A stretch of DNA of 63,543 bases, the filler included, from Reclinomonas americana ATCC 50394 (taxonomy: Eukaryota): the NCBI GenBank assembly GCA_048213135.1. It is 4 parts of 2 records of this genome, joined end to end, with 100 filler letters (N's around TTAATTAATTAA, not from the genome) between each part and the next. Parts side by side here need not be neighbours in the genome. Positions count along the whole stretch, not along the records: positions 1 to 16,118 come from PS015012.1; 3 more parts are not named here. One strand, 5' to 3'. Position numbers and translations under genes: made by a program. Below, piece after piece: positions 1 to 14,232 of the stretch. The stretch's first letter is position 1; the number at the start of each line of letters is the position of its first letter. The notes below the pieces were generated by a model. The model was given only the letters and a program-made list of their open reading frames with translations, was not told where the DNA came from and made no database searches.

Positions 1-36
<36 letters not shown>
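1..36. repeat. (GA)n microsatellite
   Basis: Perfect GA dinucleotide run at the window start. Confidence 0.95.
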
Positions 37-40
<4 letters not shown>

Positions 41-330
41 CATCATGCCAACCACGCTCTGCATACGCACCCATGATGATCGAATGTGAATGTGAAATCG
101 ACCGTTACGATTTCCCGCCAATTGCAAGAAGCACACCGCGTGCGACACTGCAGGCACGGCTGCACACTCGTCCACCTCTCTCTCCACAGCTCCCATGCAT
201 ACAAACCGGTGCATTGTAAATAGAGGACATGGCAAACCGGCATAAGATGCATCAGCAAATCCACCGTCCATTCCGTTGTTCCACACACTTTGCTCTGTTT
301 GCGCGCGAAGACCAAACACACACGCACATC

Positions 331-1210
331 ATGTCCATCGTCCGTCTCTCTGCACTCGCCGTCCTGGCTCTCTTGCTGGTGACTGCTCTGGTGGTGTCGG
401 CGAATGACCAGTCAGTGGGTGCGTGAGAGAGAGTGTTTGCCGTTTTTTTGTGGTTCAACATTTCGCGCGCGCACACACTCTCGCACATCTTTTTGACGCC
501 TCGCGCGCGCCCTCTCTCCTTTCTCTCACTGTGTGTGTGCGTGCCTGCGGTGGGTGGTGTGCGAGAGAGTGTGCACAGCGCGTGCGGTGTGCGGTGGGAG
601 ACGCGTTATATGCGCCTCCGGTTCTAACGGTTCAATTTTGTGTGTGGGTTTTCCGCAGCTGGTGAGGCCGAGGTTGCATGCGTCAGCGCATACACGGAGG
701 CTGCCGCCGAGTGCGAGCGCCAAAACACTGCCCGCAGCGGCCTGCGCCACGCCTGCCTGGAGCGCGCTGAGTTGTCGTACAGCTCGTGCGCCACCAAGCC
801 CATTTCCCTGCAGTCGTGAGTCAAAAGAGAAACGCGTGGTTTGGTTTCCGTGCCCGCAACTCACCTCTTGCTCTTGCTCCACCACAGGTTCACCACCCAC
901 GCCATCAACGAGGAGCACGCCGCTCTCCTGTGCGAGGATGCTTGCGTCGAGGTCGCCTCCACTCACAAGTACGCCTGCGAGGCTCGCCGTGCCCGCGACT
1001 GGGACTACTGCCACGCCACCAACGACCCGGAGCCGACCAACTACATGCCGACCAAGGGCTGCCTGCGCCGCTCGGAGGCCATTGAGTCGCTCTGCGCCAA
1101 GCGCATCGACAACACTCGTGGCTCGTGAGTTTGTGTTGCTTTTCGCGCCACGCACACCCGCACAAAACAGAAATGAGGTCATGGGGAACTCACTGTTGCC
1201 TCAGGTGCAT
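331..1210 (+). CDS. Secreted Cys-rich protein with repeated CX10C spacing (multi-exon, 3' end lost in gap)
   Basis: Signal peptide MSIVRLSALAVLALLLVTALVVSA. GT-AG splicing joins exons into NDQSVAGEAEVACVSAYTEAAAECERQNTARSGLRHACLERAELSYSSC...CEDACVEVASTHKYACEARRARDWDYC...CLRRSEAIESLCAKRIDNTRGSC. Runs into the N-gap at 1211. Confidence 0.75.
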
Positions 1211-2055
1211 NNNNNNNNNNNNNNNNNNNNNNNNNNNNNNNNNNNNNNNNNNNNNNNNNNNNNNNNNNNNNNNNNNNNNNNNNNNNNNNNNNNNNNNNNN
1301 NNNNNNNNNNNNNNNNNNNNNNNNNNNNNNNNNNNNNNNNNNNNNNNNNNNNNNNNNNNNNNNNNNNNNNNNNNNNNNNNNNNNNNNNNNNNNNNNNNNN
1401 NNNNNNNNNNNNNNNNNNNNNNNNNNNNNNNNNNNNNNNNNNNNNNNNNNNNNNNNNNNNNNNNNNNNNNNNNNNNNNNNNNNNNNNNNNNNNNNNNNNN
1501 NNNNNNNNNNNNNNNNNNNNNNNNNNNNNNNNNNNNNNNNNNNNNNNNNNNNNNNNNNNNNNNNNNNNNNNNNNNNNNNNNNNNNNNNNNNNNNNNNNNN
1601 NNNNNNNNNNNNNNNNNNNNNNNNNNNNNNNNNNNNNNNNNNNNNNNNNNNNNNNNNNNNNNNNNNNNNNNNNNNNNNNNNNNNNNNNNNNNNNNNNNNN
1701 NNNNNNNNNNNNNNNNNNNNNNNNNNNNNNNNNNNNNNNNNNNNNNNNNNNNNNNNNNNNNNNNNNNNNNNNNNNNNNNNNNNNNNNNNNNNNNNNNNNN
1801 NNNNNNNNNNNNNNNNNNACGTGCAGACCTCCAAGAACACAGCATGCAAAAATCGTAACGGTCTCTCGCGCTCCATTGTTTGCTTTTCGTGCAAGAGGTG
1901 AGACAAGACAACTTTGCTCCTGTTTTTTTCAGTAGTTGTTGTCCCTTTTGCATGTCTCCCTCTCCCTCTCCCTCTCTCCTCCCTCCCCTCATACTGTGTG
2001 GGTGCTCCTCGCTGACTCTTTTCCGTTTGTGTTGGTTTTCTTTTGTTGCAGTCAA

Positions 2056-4957
2056 ATGTCGCTTGCCCGTGTCAACGTCACCGCCAAGGTGGTGGCAGTC
2101 GCCCTCGCTGTGGCGCTGCTGATCGCCACAGCTCATGCTGGTGAGTGTGTGTGTGTGTGTGCACGCAATGAGAAGAAAACGCATCTCGCTCTTCCTTCTC
2201 TCTCGTTCGACACACTCGCACACGACCTCTCGCTGAATGGGCTTCGTTGATGCACTTCACCACCGTCGCATGTGTGCACCTCTCTTTCCCCGCCACGAAA
2301 ATCTTCTTGTTTGCGTGTGTGTGTGGGTGCGTGCATGTGCGACGACGGTTACATTTTGTCGTCTTACACAGTTTTTCGCGCGCGCTGCAAACATTAACTT
2401 GAATATTTTCCCCCGTGTGATGCAGCTTCCCCAAGCACCGTCTACCTGCGTGCCGGTAACACCAAGACCACCCAGGAGGCCATCACCTTCACCGGCATTT
2501 CCCCGGCTGTGACCGCCTCTTCGGTGTTCACCATCCGCAGCGCCGCCGACTGCAGCGGTGCCGACTCAACCACCACCACTCTCGGTGCCGTCACTCTGAC
2601 GGCCGGCGCCTCGCAGGCCCTGACCATCATCTCCACTGGTGAGACCGGTGCGGCGATTCGCTACGTGTGCCACGATCCCGATGGCGCCGGTGCTGCCATC
2701 AACCAGTCCATTGCCAAGATCCAGATCTGTTGCGTCACCAACTTCCCGCTTTTGTTTACTCTTCTCGCCCACGTGCCTCTAACGCGACACCCACCGCCAC
2801 AGTCTCGGCAACCTCGGCCTCGCCGTCGTCGCTGCCCTCGGGCTCTGCCTCGCTCACCCTTACGATCCTGGGCTCCAACCTGGCGGCTCCGTCGTCTGCC
2901 TTCTTTTACCTGACTGCCACCGATCCGGGAGCCAGCAACGTGTGCAGCAACACTGCCGCGACGGGCACTTCTGTGACCTTTGCTCGCGCCTCGGCCACCA
3001 CCATTGTGTTCACGGTGGCCACGGCGACCGGCTTCGCGGGGTCCAGTGCGCAGGCTGTGACCACGCCGACTGCCACCCAGTTCTGCACTGCTCCGGCTGC
3101 CGCAACCTACTTCCTCTGCGGCTCGTTGCGTTTGTCTTGCTCACGCGACTGTGCAAAGAGAGCGCTTTTCCCACTCTTCTCAACGCTGCTTCTTTGCCTG
3201 CGCAGGTTCCAGAACTCTGGCAGCAACAACCTCATCGGCTCTGTGGGCATTGTCGATCCGTCGGCCATGCAGATCGCCTTCACCAACCCGAGCGTGCTCA
3301 GCTACAACGCCGCCAACACCATCACCATCTCCGATGCTGCCAAGTCGCTGAACAGCTGCACTCGCTTCAAGATCATTCGCCCCGACCAGACTTGCGCCGA
3401 CGATGTCAGTTTCGTTCGCGCGCACAATCTCAGATTGATGCATATGCCACTGTACAACTCTGTGAATCTCATTCGTGTTTCTCTGCCCCTGCACAGCCGC
3501 CTCGTCGGCCACGGCCAACACGAACAACGCGGCTGGCTCGCTCGGCACCGTCAACACCTACACGGCTGGCAGCTTTGACGCCGCGAGCTGCTTTGACTCG
3601 TCGACTGGCTGCAACTTCTTCAAGATCTCGTTCACCCCGCAGCAGCCGGGCGCCTTCCGTCTGTGCGCCAGCCGCAACAACTCGGCATTTGCACTCATTC
3701 CAGGCGAGCAGTTTGTGTCCGGCATGCAACAGGCTTCGGGCACTCCGACACCCATCACGACTGTTGCGTCATTTTTGCCAGCAGACATGTTGACCTATAG
3801 GAATCGATCGCGAGAGTGCTCACATGAATTTGTTATCTCCTGCATGTCAGTTTGGTACCGCCGGCACTGTGCGCACTGCCACCGTCTCCGCCACTTTCCC
3901 GGTCGCCTTCCCCGCGATTCCGCGTATCCTTGTTGGCATCACCAACTACGCTGCTGCTTCCACGGCGGTGGACACTGGTGTGTCGTGCGGCGCCCCGGCA
4001 GTGACTGCCACTGGCTTCAGCACCTCTTGCACCGCCCTCCGTAACGCTAGTGTGGGATTGATGCAGCTGTGTGCGTACCCATGTGCCCACTCGCCGCATG
4101 CGACCCAATTTTAGTGGCCTCACATACTTTTTCAATTGTCTCTCCCACCAGCGTACTTTGCCTTCTACGCGCACACGTCCAAGGCGTTCTCGCTGGACGG
4201 ACAGCGCACCCTCAGCAACGGCGCCGCCTGGAACAGCATTGCCACCTCCAAGTCGTCGACCATTGTTGCGTGAATGAGAACAGCTGTGCATGTGTGGATG
4301 TCATACGATGAAACCTAACCTATTTGCACCGCGCAGAACGTCAGCTTGTCGAATGTGTACGCGTTCGGCGCTGCACCCTCTGTGGCAATTGCTTGGATGG
4401 GCGCTGCCACTCGCCGCTTCGGTACCACCACTCTGGACTTCCGCAACGACATCTTCTACAGCTCGATTGCTTCTGCCTCTCCGTCGAACTTCACCCTGCG
4501 CGGTGTGGTCTCTGGCAACACGCGTGTGGACTCGTTCAGCACGCGCTACGTTGCTGGTCCGTCGGCTGCGGACTCCAAGAACACGAGCGGCTTCATTGTG
4601 CTCGCTGGCGGTGAGTGTCGGTCTGCTGCTGCTTTCTGATTGCCTTGTCGCATGATGAACTGAAGTTGGCTGCTCTCCATGTGTGCAGAGGGCGAGGCCA
4701 CCGCCGCTGGCCCGGTGAACCTGACATTCGGCAACAACCGCCGCCTGCTGCAGACCGGCTTTGTTGCGATGGCTTTCATCCGTGGAATGGACAATGCTGG
4801 TGCCGCTGGCGCCTCTGTGAACGTTGTTGTCCCGGCTGTATCCGGCTACGACACCAACGGCAGCGCCACCGACTGGGAGGGTGTGACGATCATTGCTGCT
4901 TCTCTGAGCAACAAGGTGCAAGTGTCGTACATTGCACTCGGCACCCCGGCTCCGTAA
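2056..4957 (+). CDS. Secreted S/T/A-rich protein with IPT/TIG-like domain and three C-terminal H-type-lectin-like domains (paralogue A)
   Basis: Signal peptide MSLARVNVTAKVVAVALAVALLIATAHA; 9 coding exons splice in frame. IPT-like SASPSSLPSGSASLTLTILGSNL. H-lectin-like TFPVAFPAIPRILVGITNY...VTATGFSTSC...LSYFAF plus two further similar units ending RYVAG and VSYIALG. Stop TAA at 4955-4957. Confidence 0.75.
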
Positions 4958-5058
4958 GCGAAAATGACCATGTGGGCTTGTTGCCTGCCTGCCTGCCTGC
5001 CTGCCTTCAGTCTTGTCTGTTTAGCTGCGCCCTCACTTCTTGCTTCAAGCTTTCGTCT

Positions 5059-5063
<5 letters not shown>

Positions 5064-5113
<50 letters not shown>

Positions 5114-5903
5114 GTCGTCGTACGTACGTACCGTACGTACGTACGTACGGTACGGTACGTACGTACGTACGTACGTACGTACGTACGTCGTACNNNNNNN
5201 NNNNNNNNNNNNNNNNNNNNNNNNNNNNNNNNNNNNNNNNNNNNNNNNNNNNNNNNNNNNNNNNNNNNNNNNNNNNNNNNNNNNNNNNNNNNNNNNNNNN
5301 NNNNNNNNNNNNNNNNNNNNNNNNNNNNNNNNNNNNNNNNNNNNNNNNNNNNNNNNNNNNNNNNNNNNNNNNNNNNNNNNNNNNNNNNNNNNNNNNNNNN
5401 NNNNNNNNNNNNNNNNNNNNNNNNNNNNNNNNNNNNNNNNNNNNNNNNNNNNNNNNNNNNNNNNNNNNNNNNNNNNNNNNNNNNNNNNNNNNNNNNNNNN
5501 NNNNNNNNNNNNNNNNNNNNNNNNNNNNNNNNNNNNNNNNNNNNNNNNNNNNNNNNNNNNNNNNNNNNNNNNNNNNNNNNNNNNNNNNNNNNNNNNNNNN
5601 NNNNNNNNNNNNNNNNNNNNNNNNNNNNNNNNNNNNNNNNNNNNNNNNNNNNNNNNNNNNNNNNNNNNNNNNNNNNNNNNNNNNNNNNNNNNNNNNNNNN
5701 NNNNNNNNNNNNNNNNNNNNNNNNNNNNNNNNNNNNNNNNNNNNNNNNNNNNNNNNNNNNNNNNNNNNNGTAACGTAACGTACGTACGTCGGTCGTCGTC
5801 GTCGTCCGTCCGTCCGTCCGTCCGTCCGTCCGTCCGTTCCGTCCGTTCGTTCGTTCGTTCGTTCGTTCGTTCGTTCGTCGTCCTCTCTCTCTCTCTCTCT
5901 CTT

Positions 5904-5965
<62 letters not shown>
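5064..5965. repeat. (CT)n microsatellites flanking a gap, with TACG/GTCC/GTTC noise
   Basis: CT runs at about 5064-5110 and 5883-5965; the adjacent (TACG)n-like tracts abut the N-gap. Confidence 0.85.
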
Positions 5966-5967
<2 letters not shown>

Positions 5968-6237
5968 CTACAGCAGTTTCTCTGCGTGCACAATGAACTG
6001 TGACGCTTGCAGGTAATTCTGTGATATCGACGAAAACAATTTCTTCCCGTTACAGTAGTTCCGTGATTTTCTTTTCTGCAGAAGGTGAGAGCGCGAAGTG
6101 AGAGTGTTGTGGTGCACTTTAATACGCTTCACTTGCATGCAATGCAATTTTCGTGTTGTCCGTTGCCACCGGTTTTAAACACAAAATCGCAAGGTGAGAG
6201 AGCGCGGGAACATCGTGTCTCCTCTTGCCTCCCCCCT

Positions 6238-6269
<32 letters not shown>

Positions 6270-6405
6270 ATCACTTCTCTGTCTTGTGATCGGGCGGGAG
6301 ACAAGAGAGAGAGTTCCGCGCTGCGTGTGTGTGAGACATTTCCGCACTCACTTTGAGCCTCTCCCGCTGCAGCTCTCCCTCCCTTCTCACTCTCAACAGG
6401 AACAA

Positions 6406-9124
6406 ATGGTGCGTCACACCTCCACCGCTCTGGCAGCGGTCGCCACGATTGTCGTCGTGGCGCTGCTGATGGCCACGGCCCACGCCACCGTCAGTGGTGA
6501 GTGCTTGCTGTTTCTCTTTCGCATTTCGAACATGCATGTGTGGCGCGCACGCTGCACTTTCCCCTCCCTCCCTCCCTCTCCACTTCTTCCTCATTCTCAC
6601 TCTGTCACGAGAATGTGTGTACTTTGTGCGCAATGTGCTGTTTGTTTTCGCGCCCAATTTTCTGATTGCTGTTTCACTCGACAGCCACTCCGGCCACAGT
6701 CTCCCTGGTCGCCGGCAAGACTGTTGCCACCACGGAAACCGTTGCCTTCACCAACATCTCGCCTGCCGTCATTGCCGCCTCCACATTTGCCATTTTCGAC
6801 ACGGCCAGCTGCACTGGCACCACGGGTCTCACCACTCTCGGCGCCATCACCATCACTGCCGGCACCAGCCAGAGTATCCCATTTGTCACCACCAATGAGA
6901 CTGGCTCCGCCACCCACTACCTGTGCTACGACGCCGACGGCGTGGGAGCCACGTACTCGTACGAAATGCTGGCCAAGATCTACGTTTGTTGCGTCCACGC
7001 CCTCTTCGCAGCGTGCACATTGTCAGAGGAGTTGGTGCGCTGGTTTCTCATTCTCTCCCTCTCTCCTGTGTGCAGACTCGGTGACCGCCATTTCGCCTTC
7101 GGCACTGCCAATCGGCGCGGCGTCGCTGTCGCTGTCGGTGTTGGGCAACAACTTTACCGCGCCGACCTCGCCATCGTTCTTCATCGCCGCCGCAAACACG
7201 TGCGCGTCAGCCCTGAGTGGCACGTCGGTGTCTTATACCCGCGTGTCGGCGACGACGGCGGTGTTCACCGTGGCGACAGCCACTGGGTTTTTGCTGCCCA
7301 GTGTGCAGAGTCAGACGGGCTCGCCCGCGTCGTGCACTGCTCCGTCCGCCGCCACTGTCTACCTCTGCGGCTCGTTGCGTTTACTCGCCCAAGGAAGGGG
7401 ATGAGGGTATATGTTGGTACTGATGCTCGCCTGTGTGTTGTCGCTGGTTGCAGATTCCAGAACTCGGCAGCCTTGGTCCTCATCAGCTCTGTTGGCTTGG
7501 TGTCGCCTTCGGCTCTCCAGATCAGCTTTGCCAACCCGAGTGTGCTGAACTTCAACACCGCCAACACAATCACGATTTCTGACGCGGCCAAGTCGCTCAA
7601 CAGCTGCACTCGCTTCAAGGTCGTCCGTTCGGATCAGGCGTGCACCGTCGACGCCAGTTACGACGCTGCGCTCCACCCACTTGTCGCACACCGTGTTCAC
7701 TCACCACGGCACATTAGGCGCGGTGGCCACGGTGAATTCGTACACGGCAAGCAGCTTTGATGCCTCGAATTGCTTCGACTCCTCCAGCGGCTGCAGCTTT
7801 TACAAGATTTCCGTCACGCCGTTGCAAGCTGGCGCCTTGGTGCTATGCGTCAGTCGCAACAACGGTGCGTTCGCGGTTGTTCCTGGCGAGCAGTTCGTCT
7901 CCGGCCTGCAAGTCAACAGTGGCAGTCCCACGGCCAGCACTGCTGTTGCGTTTTCACTCACTGGCTGCTTGCACTTTCTCTCTCTCTCTCGCCAATGGAA
8001 AACTTATCGGGAAACGTGTGCACCACTTCTATTAGTTTGCCGGCAACGCCGGTACCTTGCGCACCGCCAGCATCACCGGCACCTTTGCTATTCCGTTCCA
8101 GAGCAACGTCATTCCTCGCCTTCTGGTTGGTCTGAGCTCGTACAGCGCATCCACGGCCGTGGACACTGGCCTCTCCTGCGGCTCGCCGTCCATCACCGCC
8201 ACCAGTTTCACCACGCGGTGCACTGCTCTGCGCGCTGCCGACATTACCTCTTTCCAACTGTGTACGTCACCACTGCACACGACATCCTCACTGAGCTGTG
8301 TGAATTCACTCTGCGTGCTTGGTATGTGGCAGCGTACGTGGCGTTCTACGTCCACCTGTCCAAGGCTCCGACCTCTGATGGTTCGCGCACACTGAGCAAC
8401 GGTGCTGCGTGGAACAGCACCTCCACTACCAAGTCGTCTACAGTTGTTGCGTTTTCGATCGCCCCTGCTGGTTCATTCGCCCTCTATTGCCGCCTCACCG
8501 TCTCACTGCAGCGAGTGACACTGCCGACAGTGTACTCCTTCTCCACTACGCCGTCGATTGCTGTGGCCTGCGTCGGTATCGCCACTCGCCGTCTGGGAAC
8601 CACCAGCACGGACTATCGCGACGACACGTTCTACGCGTCGATTGCCTCTGCGTCGCAGGCCAACTTTTCTCTCAGCGGCGTCGTCACCGGCAACAGCCGT
8701 GTCGACTCGATCAATAACCGCTACGTTATCGGCCCCGCTGCCAGCGATGCCAAGAACATCAGCGGCTTTGTTGTGCTGACTGGCGGTGAGTGCTCTCCTC
8801 CCTGACACGCGTACGCCTATCGCGCGCGATGCTAAATCGGTGTACGTGCGCGCAGAGGGCGAGTTCTCGTCGGCGACCTCCTCGAACTTTACGTTCGCCA
8901 ACAGCCGTCGCCTGTTGCAGACTGGGCTTGTCGCCTCCGCGTTCATTCGCGGAATGGATAATGTGGGTGCTGCCGGTGGTTCCGCTGCGGCCACGATCAC
9001 CACAGTTGTCGGATACTCGAGCACCTCCAGTGGAACCGACTTTGACGGCGTGACCATCACCGTCACGGCAGTCGGCCGCAAGGTGCAAGTCTCCTTCATC
9101 GCCATCGGTGTCCCGTCTCCGTAA
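6406..9124 (+). CDS. Secreted IPT plus triple H-type-lectin-like protein (paralogue B, tandem duplicate)
   Basis: Signal peptide MVRHTSTALAAVATIVVVALLMATAHA. Same intron positions as 2056-4957 and near-identical blocks (NPSVL..N.ANTITISDAAKSLNSCTRFK, PGEQFVSG, SGF.VL.GEGE, RRLLQTG, FIRGMDN, KVQVS.IA.G). Stop at 9122-9124. Confidence 0.75.
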
Positions 9125-9444
9125 GAGGGACGACGGTCGACGCACAAGAAAGCAATTGTGCCTGTCCTTCCTCCCCCTACTCTCTCCCTTTCGAATTCCC
9201 CTTCATCCCCGACGCTGTCTACATCTTCGTGTGCATACTCTCGTGCCTTGATTTCTATCGGAAGATGCAACCACGAATAGTAAACGCGGCTTGCCTGGGT
9301 GTGTGTTGAATGTGCGTCATTAATAAGAACGCAGTGATGCACATAAATGCAAACGCGATACAAGGAAAAAGAAAGCCATCAAAAAAGCTTTGTCGACCGT
9401 TGTCAAGCATTGCACGAGAGATTGCAAGTTTTTTTTTTGCACGC

Positions 9445-10951
9445 ATGGGTTGCGTGGTGTGTTGCCGTGATTTGAAGGTCCTGGAGGAGACCGTGCGCGC
9501 TGTCGAGGAGGAGAGTTGTGTGCTGCTCTCGCGAAAACACGACGGCGCAGCCACTCACTTTCACGTGTCTGACTTGTCTCCGTCGCAGCGGCATCAATCA
9601 CGGCCAGCCAGCGCGCAACACTTGCCGTCTCGTATGGATCGGTCGCCGACGTGAAGGCACCGCTGTGCACGACAGCAGCTGACGCTCCAGCACCACCACT
9701 GTTACCGGAAGACAAGGCACCAATGATGATGCCACCACCTTCGCGGCCGTACCTGTCGCCATCGGCATCGTCGAGCTCGCTGAGCACAGAGCACGCAGTG
9801 CTGCTCGACAACGCGCAGGTGTGCATGCTCGTCAGCGGCTATGATTGTCACTCATGTGCTGTATCTCACTCGCTGACTGACGTTCGCAGTCACCGTCACC
9901 TGCCACTGCTCTCGTGTCACCTGTCGACATTGTCGTGCACGTGCAAGAGGCAAAGAAGGAGGAAGAAGCGGAGAGCAAGGAAGCAGAGGAAGTGAGTGAA
10001 GAAGACAAGCACGAAGAAGGTACGGGCGCACGTAAGACTTGAGAATCATCAGGCCTGCACTGTCGTTGACTCTTGTGGGTTGTGCAGTGTGTTCCCCACA
10101 CGCGCCGTCGGCATCCGACACGTCGGCGTCGAGTGACGGCGATCGCAGTCTGGACTCCATGCTGTCGCCATCGGTGGAAGTGCTGCGCAACAAGTCCGAC
10201 TCGCCACCGTCTCCTCCGGCGGTCCGGTCACTGTTTTCGGCTGCAGTGGTGCCCGTTCCGCGACCCATGCCCATTTTCTCCGGTGGTCTACTGTCGTCGT
10301 TGCAACGAGTAGGACCCCTGCGGGCCAGTGGAGCGGCCAGTACTGCAGGTGGGAGGAATGACCAACTCTTGCACTATACTCCTTCAGTCTCTCACTGATA
10401 TTGTCGCCAAGCAGTGTTGTTGGACGTCAGTGTTGACGACGACACCGATTCTATCGCCTCACATGGTATGCATTGTCGGATGCTTGTCTCTCCGGCACAC
10501 TTTGATCCCCACATTACGCAGGCGGTGTATCGCAAGCTGCCGACATGTCGCCCCGTTGAGTAATGGACCGAGACGTGCACTGCACGGTGTACGTGTGGTG
10601 AAGACACTCATTCACTGATCTACAGGATCGCAAGGATCCACCATGAGTGTCGACTCTTTCTCCCCCGTGATTCAGTTGCCGTGGGCCAACAACTCGAGCG
10701 TGGAGCACGGCGGTGTCATGTCTGCACTGCTCAGCCAGTCCATGCACGGTGAGCCATGCGCACACGCACACATCCATGGACGCAACAGCACTAACACGAG
10801 TGTCTTGCGACCAGGAACACGCGTCAACTCGACCATGTGCAGCGCCATTGACGACAGTCTCGTGTCCACGGACGGCAGCGAGGTGGACTCGCACAATGGC
10901 ACGCCGCCTCCCGTCCGCCTGTCATTACGCTTCCCCGACCACGACGAGTGA
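9445..10951 (+). CDS. Hypothetical Ser/Pro-rich low-complexity protein (multi-exon, end uncertain)
   Basis: ATGG|GTTGCG...CAG|CG gives MAASITASQRATLAVSYGSVADVKAP. Further exons (SDTSASSDGDRSLDSMLSPS, MSVDSFSPVIQLPW) are bounded by GT/AG. No recognisable domain. Confidence 0.45.
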
Positions 10952-11101
10952 TTGTGTGTGCTGTTTGTTGTTGTTGTTTGTTGTTGTTGCTGTTGTTGTT
11001 GTGTTTTCCTGCTGTCAGTCGTCGCCGGCTGACACAGTGGCCAGTGCGCGTTCGAATTTAGCCCCTGTGTGCGTTGAGTGGGTGTGTCACATGTGAGTGG
11101 G

Positions 11102-11103
<2 letters not shown>

Positions 11104-11147
<44 letters not shown>
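11104..11147. repeat. (GA)n microsatellite
   Basis: Perfect GA run. Confidence 0.9.
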
Positions 11148-11150
<3 letters not shown>

Positions 11151-11783
11151 TCAAACAACGCAACGTGCACCGCCACTCGTATCCACACTGCCGGCCACAT
11201 CTCTCTTGCAGTCCACGTACATGGGCTCGACGGTGGCCCACGAATCCAAGAACTGACGCACCTCATCACCCTCGTACCAGTCCACCAACTGCCACAGCTG
11301 GCGACGCCAGAAGAACGTTTTTTCGCAGCAGTCAAGGAACAATGACAGCATCACGAGCAGAGCGGCACAAGCAACAAAATAAGGATATTCCTCCTCGAGA
11401 CGGTTCCGGAAGCACTCCGTGGCCTCGACCCACGCAGCAGCCGCGGCCGCAGTGGTCCCGACATCGCCACTGGTGGCGACCAACGACGACGAGCGATAGT
11501 AGAACGCCTGCACATCGAGATGCGCTCGATCGACATCGACCCACGCCTGCACCAGCAGCGCACAGGCACCAGTCACCACACGCACCGCAGCCTCCACACG
11601 CTCCACTGCCACACCACGCGTGAGCATCGCCGACGACACACAGTCCTCCAGCAGCGACAGCTGACTGCACAGCGCAATGGTGGCACGAGCAATGGCCTCG
11701 CATGTTGCCGCAAAGCCACCGGCTGCACTCTCCACGCGCAACAGAGCGTGTTTCAATCGTCGCTTTGTCTCACGGTCACTCAT
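11151..11783 (-). CDS. Hypothetical helical protein, possibly C1orf109/AIRIM-like
   Basis: ORF MSDRETKRRLKHALLRVESAAGGFAATCEAIARA...FFWRRQLWQLVDWYEGDEVRQFLDSWATVEPMYVD, probably containing introns. The family resemblance is a weak impression only. Confidence 0.45.
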   Translation of the reverse strand: MSDRETKRRLKHALLRVESAAGGFAATCEAIARATIALCSQLSLLEDCVSSAMLTRGVAVERVEAAVRVVTGACALLVQAWVDVDRAHLDVQAFYYRSSSLVATSGDVGTTAAAAAAWVEATECFRNRLEEEYPYFVACAALLVMLSLFLDCCEKTFFWRRQLWQLVDWYEGDEVRQFLDSWATVEPMYVDCKRDVAGSVDTSGGARCVV

Positions 11784-11922
11784 TGTTGGTAATGGGACGA
11801 ACACCTGTGTGCAGGACCTCAACCCTTTGCTTTTCATGCAAAAGAGAGCCAACGTTATCGCCGGTCAACTCAGTCCCACTCGCCGCTCTGCCTCATCGCC
11901 CTCCTCGTCTGCCTCCAACGCA

Positions 11923-13933
<2,011 letters not shown>

Positions 13934-14232
13934 AGTCAGTGAGAGAAGGAACAGGAGGGGGGAAAACGAGAGAGCAGCCGCTAGCGTTCTCAGCGCACTC
14001 CGGGTGTGGTGTGTTTGGTTGGTATGGGATGAAAAAACAACGATGCAGTAAACCTGACAGAGAAAACGTGCACGCGATTAGAGAGAGAGTGTTGTCCATG
14101 TGTGTGTGCATCATCATCATCGTACACTAAAGCGAAAGCCGCCACAACCGGGTCGGAAACAAAGAGAGAGAAAAGTGAATGAAGAAGAGTCGAGCGTCGC
14201 CGCGCTCTTGCTGCTGGTCGTCTGCTTGCCGC

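Noticed and set aside
5111-5882. (TACG)n, (GTCC)n and (GTTC)n arrays that look like a satellite or telomere-like repeat
   Set aside because: They follow long CT runs at read ends next to a gap and mirror the TACG pyrosequencing flow order, so they are most likely sequencing noise.
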